64,000 nt of DNA from Octopus vulgaris (Eukaryota): the NCBI GenBank assembly GCA_951406725.2, contig OX597815.1, forward strand, positions 134,726,001-134,790,000, written 5' to 3'. Below the pieces are notes generated by a model. That model had not been told where the DNA came from and ran no database searches. It saw only the letters and a list, made by a program, of their open reading frames with translations. How positions within the stretch are numbered: the stretch's first letter is position 1; the number at the start of each line of letters is the position of its first letter. The position numbers were made by a program, and so were the translations under genes. Below are positions 12,541 to 26,099 of this stretch, piece after piece.

Positions 12541-13547
12541 TAAAGGTAAATTTCCAAATTAGGTTGGTAGGGATATACAATCCTAGCGAATCCTAGTGAA
12601 TTCACTTTTACCGGTTAATAATACTAGCTAAGCTTCGTGAGCGTTGAAAAACTCCAGTTAGTTTATTTTACTATCACCAGTAGATCTTCACATCGGTAAA
12701 TCCATGTCTTTATAGAGCCTACATGTTGTCGGTAGAGAAGGAATAATAAATTAATAAGGAGAAGAGAGATCTATATATCCAGTTTTATTCCGCAGTCAAT
12801 CACCTCTTTCCATTTCTGGACCCACATATGTTTCTGCTGCAATTTTGTGTATACTGCAGAATTATGCATCTTGGTGTGCATTTTGGTGTTAATTGCGCTT
12901 CTTCAAAGTGCAATTATTTATGTGTATGTGTGCGCGCGCGTGTATATATATGTGGTTGTGTGTGTGCATTTTACACGTGTACATTAATGCACACGAGAGA
13001 AAGGTATTTTCATTTGAAACTTGCAGCATTTATTAGTCACTGAAGAATTTGCATTTCTTTGCTTTGCTTTTTGCTAATTAAAGGGCTTCATACATTTGGA
13101 GAGTGACTGTCATGTCGTACAGGCATTTGTCGTTATAAAATTTGATATCTAGATACTTTTATACCCTTTTATATATAGATGTTTTAAAGTTCAAATTAGG
13201 ACTCAAGATTCTTGGAACTACAGTGAATCTATTGTTGAGGTGGTCACAGTATCACACACTCGCGTCAATGAAATATCGCTGTCTGCAGTTTCTTCTCCCG
13301 TGGGAGTACATGTAAGACTACAAGCGGAAGTAGGTGTGTTCTTTTTGTCACCGATACAATTGCGTCCTTTGAAGTGCTGTTGGTGCCTGAGCAGTGGCAT
13401 CATGGCCCTGCTATTCTGCTGTGTGCTTTAATCATCGTGAGAGACAATCGCACAGAAGTATGTGATAAATTTACCCAAAAATGGGGTAACAATTTATGAG
13501 TGCAAATAGACAGCTGCTAGATACACAAACACATGTACACATTTACA

Positions 13548-13604
<57 letters not shown>

Positions 13605-13608
<4 letters not shown>

Positions 13609-13822
13609 ATATATGTGACCGCATGTGTACCGTTGGCGATTTTTTTCCCTCCGTATTCCCTTCTCTGGATCTTTCCTTTTCCTATGTTTCTGACGAAGAG
13701 CCCCGCTCGAAACGTAAAACCCTCCTTCTTCCCTTACTTCCTGAGCGTCCAATAATACTATATTTGTTCCACGTCCTCGCGTTGTTGTGTTTTATCTTGG
13801 TGTTTTACATGTTTGGATTAAC
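13605..13822 (+). mobile_element. Short hammerhead-bearing module (solo pLTR/retrozyme-like) between (TA)n tracts
   Basis: About 220-bp non-coding unit flanked by TA tracts on both sides and containing the hammerhead at 13686-13720. Confidence 0.7.
13686..13720 (+). ncRNA. Minimal type I hammerhead ribozyme
   Basis: GTTT-CTGACGA-A-GAG-CCCCG-CTC-GAAA-CG-TA-AAAC. Stem I GTTT/AAAC, stem II GAG/CTC, palindromic ACGT stem III, GUA site. Confidence 0.8.
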
Positions 13823-14323
13823 TATATATATATATATATATTTACAGGCGCACGCTCATTGCGTTGGCCGAACAAGGTGCTGAGATCATGTAAAGAGCGG
13901 ATGCCACGTTTAAGAGCTGAGGGCACATGGCTAAGAGGTGGAGGTAGGATTTTACACGAATGACGTACAGAAATTAACAAGAAAAGGAGTTGAGAAACTT
14001 AAGTGCACGACCGGTATCCTTTATATATGAAAGCAGGCTATTGAAGATTGGAGGCCCGAGTTTATCAATCTTTTTACTTACCGAAGCATTACGCAATCTG
14101 AATGTATACAATAATTGTAATATTTTTCTTAATCATTTCCCCCACCGTCGACAAATATGGATGTCTCTGTAGTATATTTCAAAATTAATCCTTCCGTTTT
14201 CTTTTTGTAGGTAGTCACTTTGCCCAACGACATTTTTTTTAGTCCGTACAGCAAGTCAAGACTAATCATAAAATTTGTTTATAATGTCTCAACTTTTAAT
14301 TTTCACGATATGTGTGTGTACGT

Positions 14324-14465
<142 letters not shown>

Positions 14466-15885
14466 GGCGGCTGTAGCACCTTCCTTGTTCCCTTGTTCTG
14501 TGGTTTTTGCATCGGAGGAAGTCTTTAAAATCGAAACATAATTGTAAACATAAACACCACGAAATTTTATTGGCCATTAGCAATAAATTCTTTTGTTGTA
14601 GTATTGGCCAAAATGATGTTAACCTCTTATCCTCTTACAAAGCTTTTATTAAAAAGTATAAAAGTAAACTGAACAAACTGTAACATTGACCTATCTCCTC
14701 GTAGAATTTGAAATAATACGCTAGGGGTTAAATAGCGTTTAATTCCGAAAATAAAACCAAATAGTAGTTCTGCTGTTCGAACTACATTTTCATTCGTGTA
14801 ACCGATATCAACGCTAGATGAATAAAATTTGACTTAGAAAAAAACTTGACTTCCCCCACCCCTACTGAAATAAACTCACAGAAAATACGATTATGCGAAT
14901 ACAACAATTCCTGTATGTTGTGCGCGTAACTGATGAAAAATAGTAACACGGAATTGTTAATTCAAGCCTTCCACACATTTTCGTTAGTTTTAAAGGCTTC
15001 AATAAACTCATATTAACTGTAATTTCACCTGTATCCACACAACATTTGAAGATAAAGCATATCTATTAATAAATACTTTAAGGAGAATAATTGGAAATTT
15101 TAAAATTATATTAATAAAAACTATTTTAATATTTTCATTAATATCTTAACGAAAATAATTACATGAATATCACTATAGTGAAATAATTACTAACAGAAGA
15201 GATTAAATAAACATAAAACTAGTGAAAATGTTTTTAAAAGATATTTTTAAAGGACACAATTACCCGGACATTGACTCTATGAATTTAGGCTAGTAGCAGC
15301 GATGCTATTCCATGTAGTAATGAATTTAGGCAAATAGCAACAGTATGAAATTACTCGAGTTAATTACAGCCGTATAAAGTTATATACATACGCCTTGCTA
15401 CTTCGATATACACATACACCTAACTCATTCGATATACTTTTATAACCATTTGTCTGACCAAAGCATTTTCATAAGTTCGTCCTAATCGTCCATGCTCGTT
15501 TTTCGGTATTTAGTTAGTCCTTGCTTCATACGTTCCGAGCAATATAAAGCTTTGATTTCATAAATCCCAAGTTACTGAGGCGGTTGGAAAAAAATTTTGA
15601 GAATATGTATCATATGATGTATGGGCACGAGGGAGATATGGCCTGCGTATCACATGTGATACACAGCACAGACAAAATGTCAAAGTTTTAGCTTACTAGT
15701 TCATTCTCTTATTTCGTTATTGCTCAAATTTTAGCTGATCATCACATGATTTACATAATCAATTGTTCTAAATCTCTCACTCCTATTGCACTTTCTTAGT
15801 CTTTCTAGTCTCTCATCTCGGACATTTTACTCTCTCAATAAAGCAACCTAGCCTCTGTCTATCTGTCTATCTGTCTGTCTATCTT

Positions 15886-15952
<67 letters not shown>

Positions 15953-16280
15953 TCTCTGCAACACTTTTTCACATCCTCTAACTCATATATACAATATTTA
16001 ATTCCTATTTCTGACGAATCGGATCAAGTCGTAGTTAAAAAAACCCAGAAACATTGTTGTTTGTGCACACACAAACACACACAAGCCTGCGCATACACAT
16101 GCACATATACTCATTCCCACAGACACGTACACAGATATACACCAATTTGTATATATTGGTATATACACACTCATTTGGATTTATATGTGTGCATACATAC
16201 ATGCATATACTTACACATACTTGAACGCATATATGCACGCACATACATGTACATACATATAGACACACATACAAATGAAA

Positions 16281-16533
16281 ATAAATGCGCCCTTTTAAAG
16301 CCTAGCCAGGCTCATGGGCCCGGTTTCCCGGTTTCAATGGCGTATGTGTTCCCCAACTGGACGGGACGCCAGTCCATCGCAGCGTTACTCATTTTTGCCA
16401 GCTGAGTGGACTGGAGCAACGTGAAATAAAGTGTTTTGCTCAAGAACACAACGCGTCGCCCTGGCTAGGAATCGAAACCACAATCTTACGATCATGATGC
16501 TGACACCGTAACCACTAAGCCACGCGCCTCCAC
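16281..16533 (-). mobile_element. SINE family C, near full length
   Basis: Minus strand: GGAGGCGCGTGGCTTAGTGGTT (A box), GGTTTCGATTCC (B box), body with CTGCGATGGACTGGCGTCCCGTCCAG. The same head occurs at 47003, 48270 and 59812. Confidence 0.85.
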
Positions 16534-16553
16534 AGACACACATACACTAGGTG

Positions 16554-16726
16554 ACGTTCTGAGTTCAAATTCCGCCGAGGTCGACTTTGTCTTTCATCCT
16601 TTCGGGGTCGATTAAATAAGTACCAGTTACGCACTGGGGTCGATATAATCGACTTAATCCGTTTGTCTGTCCTTGTTTGTCCTCTCTGTGTTTAATCCCT
16701 TGTGGGTAGTAAAGAAATAGGTATTT
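16554..16726 (+). mobile_element. SINE family A central unit, headless
   Basis: Near-identical to 11281-11452. Confidence 0.85.
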
Positions 16727-18661
16727 TATACCGGCGTGAACAAAAAAAAAAAAGAAAAGAATGTCTATGTTGATGATGATGATGATATTAGTAATGATAA
16801 TAATAACAACAAAGACGAGGAACACGAAAACAACCATGAAGGCGATGTCTTCGAAGCTAATAATAAGCAGCGCCAGTGAACAAATAACGTGCCTGAAAGT
16901 AATTGATGAATCGTAGGAAAAATGTGTATACCACTCATATTTGATTCTCAGACGAAGCTATTTCCTTTATGCCAAGAAAACTGTGATGCTCTTAGGAAAG
17001 GAATAATAATTTCAACTCCCATCCCTCTTCTCTTGAGGTCAATAAAGTTAACCAGTTTGTTAATGAATATATCAGCCTAATCACTAAAGATCAAGTAGTT
17101 GAATGAGTTTAAATATGTTTCACAAATATGTGCTTGAGTTACCCCCCTTACATGGTGGTAAATATTTCTCAATAGTATTAAAAAAGTTAAATGCAACTCT
17201 TTTCCTAATTTTTTTTTATGCTTTCGCATAGTACCAGCCGAGCTCTGATGGAACGAAGGCATTTCAACTGCAACCATCCCGTGTTTTTAGGGCTCTCTTC
17301 GTTTGTCTTTTTCTTATTTTTTAATATTTAAGCTAGGGAGGAGTAACTGAGGGAGATTTTACTGTTTCTATAGAGAACGGAATTCGCTTAGCAGGGAATG
17401 TTTTGAAATATTTTGCTAACACACAACACATGAATTCCGTTTTATTGCGTTTTAGTAGAATTTACCTAGAATTAAGCAGAATTTACCTGGTTGTCTCAAA
17501 GCATCTTTGATGTCGGCGTACTAGCATAACTATAGATCTCTGGCTGAAACAAATTAAAGAACTGGCATTATTTGGCATCCCGATGATTTCTCAAGGTTGG
17601 AACGCTTTTTATTTTAGGTCTGTCTGGCTAGGACAGACCTACACCTGCAACAGTCATTCCAAAACCGTTATACGAACTATTATTATGTGCAAACACGGAA
17701 GCTAACACCACCACTTGCATGTCTATCGCTATGGCAGTGATTTTCGAACCGAGTGTCGTATAAATTAATAATTAAAAATGACCCAATGAAAAACAAAAGT
17801 GAGGTAATGGTCAGCACAACATCCTGTGGCTGTTTCAATTGGACGCCAAGCGAACTAGCAAGATTAGAGAAAAAGAAAAATGAAAAAACAAAACAAAAAC
17901 AAAACAAAAGCGAAGCAAGAATATAATGACTTCGGACAGATTATATTTACTGTGAATGCATGACGGTAGTGGTCCTATGAAAACTAATACAAAATATTGT
18001 TTGCGATTCCACCTTTCTCGGAAAGAAAATGCTGCTTTCGTCAGAACACTCAGCGTCAAGCTCTTGAGGAAAAGTTTCGTCTTTATACACACACGCACGT
18101 ACGCACGCACGGACATAGATACCCCGCAATACACATACATGCACACACATACCTACCCGAATACACACATACCTACCCAAATACATTTATGCAAGGACAT
18201 AGTTATATATAATATTAAAATATATATATTGCTAAATTCATAGCAAACCATCGAAAGCATATGTATATGCAAAATAAGCTATCCACTACGGTAATAGCTT
18301 AAGCTACGATTGTTTTTTTTTTTTTTTAGCCACCTAAATATTCATTACTATTAGTTGGTAACAACTGTGAATAAGCTTCGAAATGGTCCATCAAGAGACA
18401 TTCATATATTGATCGCACCTTAGAACGTGCGTTATAATTCTCCACAGTCAGGTTTTCTAATATTTAAGTTAATTCCAGCCTTTCCTTTTTTATTATTTAA
18501 AATTTATATTGCTATTGTCAACATCAACGTCATTGGTTGTAAGTTTTCGACAGACATGTGTTTCTGAAGTTTCAGCTAAATGCTGAGCATATACCTCTCG
18601 TGTATATGTCCATTAAGCACCAACTTTCGTATTTGAATTAAAAATGTTGAATATACCGAAG

Positions 18662-18759
<98 letters not shown>

Positions 18760-19099
18760 TACATACACACATTTTCACATGCGTAGTGCATGTATTCATA
18801 CGCACATGAAATACATATGTGGCTACTCAGTTCCGTGCGGACTCAGACCGCCGGTGCTTAGTTCCAGTTTTATGCCGTAAAACAGGTGAAAATAAAATCT
18901 GCATTGTTCCCCTTACAAAATGGATAGATGGCAACAGAGCTTCTTTAGCAGTTACAACCAACAATGAGAAACATGCACACAGATACATGCTTACGTACAC
19001 ATACGGTTATATAGTAAATACAGTTAATTAGGAACGAAAATACTCAATATAATGAGAGTACACACACATGCATGCACACTCATATACACCCATACATCT

Positions 19100-19545
19100 G
19101 TGACAGAAAACCGTACAGAAATGTCTTAACTGGTTCCAACACTCACTAACATGCCATCATGAAATCGGTGCATCATACACACGAACATGAGTGAAGAACC
19201 ATATGTGGAAAGGACCCTTCACAAACCAACACCACTCTCTGTGCCAGAGCTTTTATGAGATCAACAAAGATTATATTCAGTACCTGATCCTGCTCTATAC
19301 ACTTCTTCTGGATCTGTCTTATTGTAGGGATCTTACTAGTACTGCACCTTTCACAACAGAAGCCACAATGATTTTCTGAAAGGTGCCTGATTGTTGATGG
19401 TAAGATGGTGAACGAAGCGATTTGGAAGTATTCTTGCCAAGATTTAATCCGACTATTAACAAGAAGGAAATACTTCTATAACCACCACATGAGTGTCTGT
19501 CACCCATGTTCTTGTGGTGATGCATAACTGTAGCATCCTTAAATT
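19100..19545 (-). mobile_element. RTE-clade LINE reverse transcriptase fragment
   Basis: KDATVMHHHKNMGDRHSCGGYRSISFL and SENHCGFC...IRQIQKKCIEQDQVLNIIFVDLIKA match the RTE motifs KGDRSDCGNYRGISLL, ESQCGFR and RQLQEKC.EQ...FIDL.KAFD. Confidence 0.85.
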
Positions 19546-19779
19546 CTTATAATTCAAACTATTTATAAATAAAAAGTCTTTTACTCTTTTAAACGGTGTA
19601 ATTTTGAACATGAAAATTACTGAAGGTATTCATAAAGCCACAAAAACGAACACCACTTAAGTAAAGAACATTTCTTAGATAAAAAAAATGCATTCTAATT
19701 TTGATATTCGATTTTATTTTCTGATCCAAGTAGTATAAAGTATTAACTTTTATTGTAAGATCTCAAGGTCTGTTGAGAC

Positions 19780-20560
19780 GGATAAACGTAGAATCTTATA
19801 ATCAGAGACAAAGAGAACGAGAATTGCCCGACTGCAGGATCTGGTTTGGAGTTTTCGAGTAATAGTAGCTCAGTAATTGTGGATATTTTCAATGAAACTT
19901 GTGGCTACTCGAGACAGCCACGAAAAACTTATAAAAAGGTAGACTAATACACTCACCTTTTGTCGATGAAGAACAGAAAAATGTCCGTCGTTAATGTCAC
20001 ATGCAGATTGGTATCACTGCCATAAAAATCGACAAAAGCAGATTGAACTCGTGGGATGTGTGACGCATATATAGAAAACCTCTCCCACAAATTCACTTTT
20101 CCCTGTTAAACGATGTACCTACATTAAGTTTGATGAAGAGCATAAGAAGTTAATGATGTTAGATTGATCAAAACTCGTGGTCGGATGTATCGAGGTTAGT
20201 TGTTTCGGTTCAAGCAGCGGTGTGTATGTCTTACGTCGTACTGAAGAATTTCACCTAGAGTGAATGAATCTTGCAGTTACGCATGTTGGTGACAATGCCA
20301 TGGTTTGGGATCGTATGTGTGTAAAATGGGCCTGTTTCATACATGAGATCAAGGGTACATAATGACAGTGCAGACTATTCGAAGATCATGAAAATAACCA
20401 AGCTTCTGCATGTCAATATTCATTTGGGTATGTCATGGATATTTCAACTAGACGACGACCCAAAGAATGCTGCACGAATAATCAAGGAATTCTTCAAAAA
20501 TAAGCAAATCTGAGTGCTTCAGTAACAAGTACAATGGAAACGAATATAAGACAGAAGAAA
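19780..20560 (+). mobile_element. Degenerate Tc1 (DD34E-type) transposase
   Basis: AVTHVGDNAMVWDRM resembles VKHGGGSVMVWGCM; FQLDDDPKNAARIIKEFF resembles FQQDNDPKHTA..VKEWF. Confidence 0.75.
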
Positions 20561-20711
20561 AAGAAAAAATTTAGTGAATTGTATGAATATATAGCCTCCA
20601 AATGCGGTTCCGTTTTAAGAAAATTTTCGTATTAAAAAGAATTCTGTGCTATATGATTTCATTCTCGATATATATATATATAATATACATATACATATGC
20701 TGATATATGCA

Positions 20712-20818
<107 letters not shown>

Positions 20819-20839
20819 TTACCATTTACATCACTAGGG

Positions 20840-21165
20840 ATAAGACAAAAACATGAATATACAAATACTTCTAAGATGCTTCAATGCTACAAAGATAATT
20901 TCGAACATCGTCTTAATACTAAATTCACACAAACCCGGAAGCAATATTAGGAATTTCGGATTATCTATCTGATGTGGAGATTCATGCAGAATAACGAAAA
21001 GATAAATAAAGAATACTAAGGAGAGTGAAAAACCAAAATATCCTGGAATAAATGCCTTCCATGCTGAAATACTAAAAGCTACGAGAGAGCATGTGGTTAA
21101 TTTGTTACATATAATGTTCAACATAGTGTAGAGAACAGAAAAGATATCGTAACACTGGGCCGTAT
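20840..21165 (+). mobile_element. LINE (RTE-like) pre-RT fragment
   Basis: KYPGINAFHAEILKATREHVVNLLHIMFNIV*RTEKIS*HW resembles K.PG.DGI.AELLK......L....N.IW......DW. Confidence 0.65.
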
Positions 21166-21497
21166 ATGGTGGCAAAACATAAATATATATGTGTGTGAGT
21201 GTGCGAGTGTGTGTGAGTGTGCGAGTGTGTGTGTGTGTGACAGAAAAAAAAACTAGAAGGAAAAAGAAGGCGGTATTTTTTTAAAGTTTTAGACCTTGTA
21301 GAGATGCAATGGCCAACCGTGTATACTGATTAAACATAAAGGAAAATCTCAGTCTCTCTTTCTCTCTCGTGTGTGCGTGCGTGTGTGTGTGTATATAGAT
21401 GCGTGTATGAATATTTATGTATACATACATGCATACATACATACATACATACATACATACATACATACATACATACATACATACATACATACATAGG

Positions 21498-21531
<34 letters not shown>

Positions 21532-21696
21532 AAAACACATATATATAAAGAGAGAGAAAGAAGGAGAGGGAAAAGGAGAGAAAGAACAGAAAAGAGAACT
21601 GATGTGAGAGAGTCTATTCCATGTTATACATATAATGTGTGTGTTTTATATATTTGTCTATATATGTATATATGGATATATGTGTATATACATATA

Positions 21697-21728
<32 letters not shown>

Positions 21729-22233
21729 GCATACATATATATATATATATTTATATATATGGAGAGCAGAGAGAGAGAGAGAGAGACTGAGAGGGAGAGA
21801 CTGAGAGAGAGAGACTGAGAGAGAGAGAGAGAGAGGGGGGGAGAGTGAGAGAGTTTTGTAATGCTTATTCAATTTATAAGACTGACGAAGCACTATGAAA
21901 ACACGGTTGATTACTGTGTTTGAAGTGTTTACACATATAAGACGGTTAGTTAATGTCACTATATAAGTATTCCGCCTTAATTTCTTTTGGTTATTATCAG
22001 TTTCAAACTTGTCTTAACGACGTGATCTCGCCAATGTGTATAGAAACGAAGCTGTTGTTAGAAGCCACCTTTTTCGCGACTAAAGATTAGAGCAAAGACA
22101 TGATGCTTAAGGTCATTATTATGAGTAAGAAAAAAAATGCAGATTGCTTTAATGTATGTTTCTTTTTCTTTGCTTTTCAATATTCGTATTGTTTGCATAC
22201 TTTACACGATATATGCATACACACATACATGTG

Positions 22234-22327
<94 letters not shown>

Positions 22328-22365
22328 GAAATCATCGTTCCTGTGTGTGTGTGTGATATACACCA

Positions 22366-22411
<46 letters not shown>

Positions 22412-22794
22412 TGGTGTATATCACACACACACACACGTAAATTAAGCCATCTACTAATGCTGGTCTAAATTATGATTGCTTATATGGCAAGAAGACTCTG
22501 TTTTCGAGTGTGGAAGGAAGCTGGGTACATTTTATTTGAGGAACAGTTAAAAAATGTTAAACGGCCTGTCAGGAGACGTCGCTCTTCTCACTTTTGTTCT
22601 GCACATTAAAAGCATTAATAGAATATAGTTTTATTCTTATAATATCCACGACGAAGCTTTCCAATATTTAAACACAGACATATATGAATGCGCGCGCGAA
22701 TGTGTGCACGTGTATGTATGTATGTATGTATGTATGTATGTATACATGCATGTATGTATGCATGCATGCAAGCGTACATGTATATGTGTGTGAG

Positions 22795-22826
<32 letters not shown>

Positions 22827-22899
22827 CCAGGACGTCAAACATTAAGGCACAGCGATCATCTCAAGTCATATGCAATATTATTACTGGAAGAAATTCAAA

Positions 22900-22955
22900 A
22901 TCTTACAGCTGTTTCTGGGATATCCTCGAGTATGGGATATTCCGTCATCAGAGAC
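22900..22955 (-). ncRNA. Type I hammerhead ribozyme with canonical core
   Basis: Minus strand GTCT-CTGATGA-C-GGAATATCC-CATACTCGA-GGATATCCC-A-GAAA-CAGCTG-TA-AGAT. 9-bp stem II (1 mismatch), perfect palindromic stem III ACAGCTGT, GUA site. The module (about 22824-23230) ends at a (TA)n tract. Confidence 0.88.
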
Positions 22956-23249
22956 ACGTTGGGGAAAAATATGGAAAATGAGAATGGTATATATCAATAA
23001 GTTGACAACATAGAGGAAAGGAGTAAAAAAAATAAGGAGATGGAAAAAGTGAAGAAAAAAAAAAAAGAGGCATGAAAATTCATAGTTTAATTTTCCGAAG
23101 TTATAGAAACCAAAGTATGAGTGCTTAGTGTGACTGTGCGTACTCGTTGCATATTCGTTCATTACTTGGCGTGATGAGTCCGTATTTATTTTAGTAAGTA
23201 CATATATGTCAATACATTATTAGTGCACTAATGCACTCTCTCTCTCTTT

Positions 23250-23672
23250 TTTCTCTTTTACTCTTTTACTTGTTTCAGTCAATTTGACTGTGGCCATGCT
23301 GGAGCACCACCTTTTTAGTCGAGCAAATCGACCCCAGGACTTATTCTTTTGTAAGCCCAGTACTTATTCTATCGGTCTCTTTTGCCGAACCGCTATGTAA
23401 CGGGGACATAAACACACCAGCATCGGTTGTCAAGCAACGCTAGGGGGACAAACACAGACTACACAAACACACACACGCATACATATATATATATATATAT
23501 ACATATATATGACGGGCTTCTTTCAGTTTCCGTCTACCAAATCCACTCACAAGGCTTTGGTCGGCCCGGAGCTATAGCAGAAGACACTTGCCCAAGATGC
23601 CACGCAGTGGGACTGAACCCGGAACCATGTGGTTGGTTAGCAAGCTACTTACCACACAGCCACTCCTGCGCC
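23250..23672 (-). mobile_element. SINE family B, full length
   Basis: Minus strand GGCGCAGGAGTGGCTGTGTGGT (A box), GGTTCAGTCC (B box), internal (TA)/(TG) microsatellite, GTAAAAGA-repeat tail. Confidence 0.9.
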
Positions 23673-23746
23673 TATCCACGATACTACTTTGGTTCTTTTA
23701 CTATTTAGATATCTAATTCTATCGGATCTTACAAATTTTATACATA

Positions 23747-24126
23747 CACTACCGTCAGAAATTAATTAGCACCCTTGATTTGCTCTTCACTCAAGGTATG
23801 TGCTGTCACCTAGTGGCCATATCTCGAACTATTGCTTTGTTGCGAGTTCACTGTTGCGCAGAACGATGACGTAACTTTGTTTGCAGAGCAGTTTGAGAGT
23901 CTACAGCCTTATGATGTTGACATAGCAGTGCAACAACAACTTGGAGTGCGGATGCAGACAAATCTTCCTTTGTTTAATAGATATAGGTAGCGACTCGCAA
24001 GGACCGAAATCACACCATACTAAGTTTTCTCATCGCGTAAGACGTTTTGAACAGCTCATAGGTTAATTGATTTAACCTATTTAATGTAGAAATTTGAGAA
24101 GTGCTAATTAATTTCTGACGCAAGTG
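23747..24126. mobile_element. Tc1/mariner-type MITE
   Basis: 26-bp TIRs CACTACCGTCAGAAATTAATTAGCAC / GTGCTAATTAATTTCTGACGCAAGTG (24/26), TA on both sides, no ORF. Confidence 0.9.
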
Positions 24127-24299
24127 TAGATATTTGGGCATATTTAGATGTGTAGTGTTGTTCATTTACTCGTTCGAAGCTCATGAATCGCTTCATCTCT
24201 ATTTTGATTTTCTTGTCTTGTATTCGTTCCTTCAACCAGTTGTGTGCATGTGTGATATAAAGGAATCGTGTATATTATACACGTCGGTGTTTGTTTTAC

Positions 24300-25060
24300 A
24301 GTTAAGGAATACAAAATAACAAACAAGCAAGTACTCAGTGTGGTGAAGTAGAGTGAAATAAGATTTATTCAAAGCTATGTGAATGAACTACTTCTCAATT
24401 TTTGCGATTCTGCTAAGCATGCATCCAATGAAATCTTCCATATGTGCTCTCTTTGTAGCTGAGAATGTTCGACCGAATTTGGACAACGGTAAAGCCACGT
24501 TCAAACATAAAACAATAATACTTGTTTAGAATCGGAGTATATACAAAGGTAACCATAAATGTGTATATGAATTATTAAGAATGCAACGAGGTAAATATGT
24601 ACAAGGAAAGAAAGATTACAATAAAAAGTGGATAAATAGAATATGAAAAGATAATTAGAAAAAGCTAATAGAAGTTCTTAGAAAGAGATAACGGGATGAG
24701 GTGAGGACAGAGAATATACGTGTAGTAGATACGAACTAAGGAAATGGTAGAATATATGCAGATGTAATTGTGGTAATAACAGAATTATAATAATAACATT
24801 AATGAGATAAATGGGATAAGCGAGACAGGTTATTTAGATTGGTACGGGTTTGTACAGTTATAAATTTCTGTGCGAGGTGATTAGGGGTGGTCGGAGACAC
24901 TATTATTAGAGAAAGATTTCGAATAGCGTTATTAAATTTGATAAAGTTTCGCTATAGTCGGTTCAGAGAGCCATAAATTTAATTTCGTTGGGATGGTAGC
25001 GGGGCTTGACTTATTTAGAGAAGTTGGCTTGCGTTAAATATGGATATTAGAGGAGGGTGA
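24300..25060 (-). mobile_element. Probable PLE 3' end (ORF tail plus 3' UTR/pLTR)
   Basis: The terminal CTTTGAATAAATCTTATTTCACTCTAC...TGAGTACT resembles the end of the 30307-30450 module. There is a weak PTSLNK-type ORF tail near 25000. Confidence 0.4.
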
Positions 25061-25235
25061 CACATAAACACACACATATACTTTCATACATAAGCTCATT
25101 AATATGTACACAAATGCTAACCTGTTTGAATATTGTAGATACACACAATGGACAAACACACATACACATATAAACATTTATATATAAGTAATACATATAC
25201 ATGCACACATATATTCATAATCTTACACAGAAATA

Positions 25236-25266
<31 letters not shown>

Positions 25267-26099
25267 AAGTATATATATGTGTGTGTGTGTGTTTACAAAG
25301 AAAAGTTGACAGTGACTTTACTTCGAAGTTTCGGCTTACAAACCGTCATGCAGCCATACACTCATATATACATGCAGGCATACATACATACATACAGACC
25401 AACGGACAAACAGACTGACTGACAGACATACGCAAATATGCACTTATAGTTGCCTCTATGATCGAATAACCGTACACTCCTGCACACTCACAAAAGTGTG
25501 TATTCCTGTATACACATTAGCTTAAATGCCCATTGAACGAAAAAAAAAACTTTAAAGCCAAACGGATTGTTTACATCCGTTTGATTATTATTATTATTTT
25601 TTTTTTTGTATAGAAAAAAAAACAATCAATATGGGCCAAGATTGATCCTTTGCCCAAGGGGTATATGTGTTGCGCTGTCCATGTCTTTACCCACAGGACC
25701 ATTGAGACAACAGAGCACACCATGCTACCTGATTCAGAAATTGATCTCACCATCCCCTAAGTTTCCTCTCCACAGCCAGAACTTCATTGCAGAGGAAGCT
25801 CCTAATAGTGCATGCACCTTTGGATTGTTATAATCCATCTTTTAAACTGACCACTTTATCCAGGTTTTTCACATATTAAACTTTTAGACCCTCTGAATCT
25901 TTGCATCAAATATTCTTTGTAATTTCATTGTATACGTATGTATGATGTTCTCTACTGTTTTTAATAATTCAGTGTTTTCCTGTTAGGAAGGAGCGGGTTT
26001 CTAATAAAGATACAAAGTTTTGTCATTGGAATATAGATAACAAAAACAACGACACATTCTGAAATAGATAAAAGTCATGCATATTTTTACTTTTTAACT

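Noticed and set aside
13218-13403. 61-aa non-repetitive minus-strand ORF (MMPLLRHQQ...)
   Set aside because: No recognisable domain or clear splice sites, so it cannot be supported without expression data.
16005-16060. CTGACGA...GAAACATTG hammerhead-like spacing
   Set aside because: Stems I and II do not pair.
21880-21955. CTGACGA followed by a long hairpin
   Set aside because: No GAAA half after the stem; at best a broken relic.
25310-25356. Minus-strand CTGCATGA-stem-GAAA-CTTCGAAG-TA
   Set aside because: The core has an insertion and there is no stem I; suggestive only.
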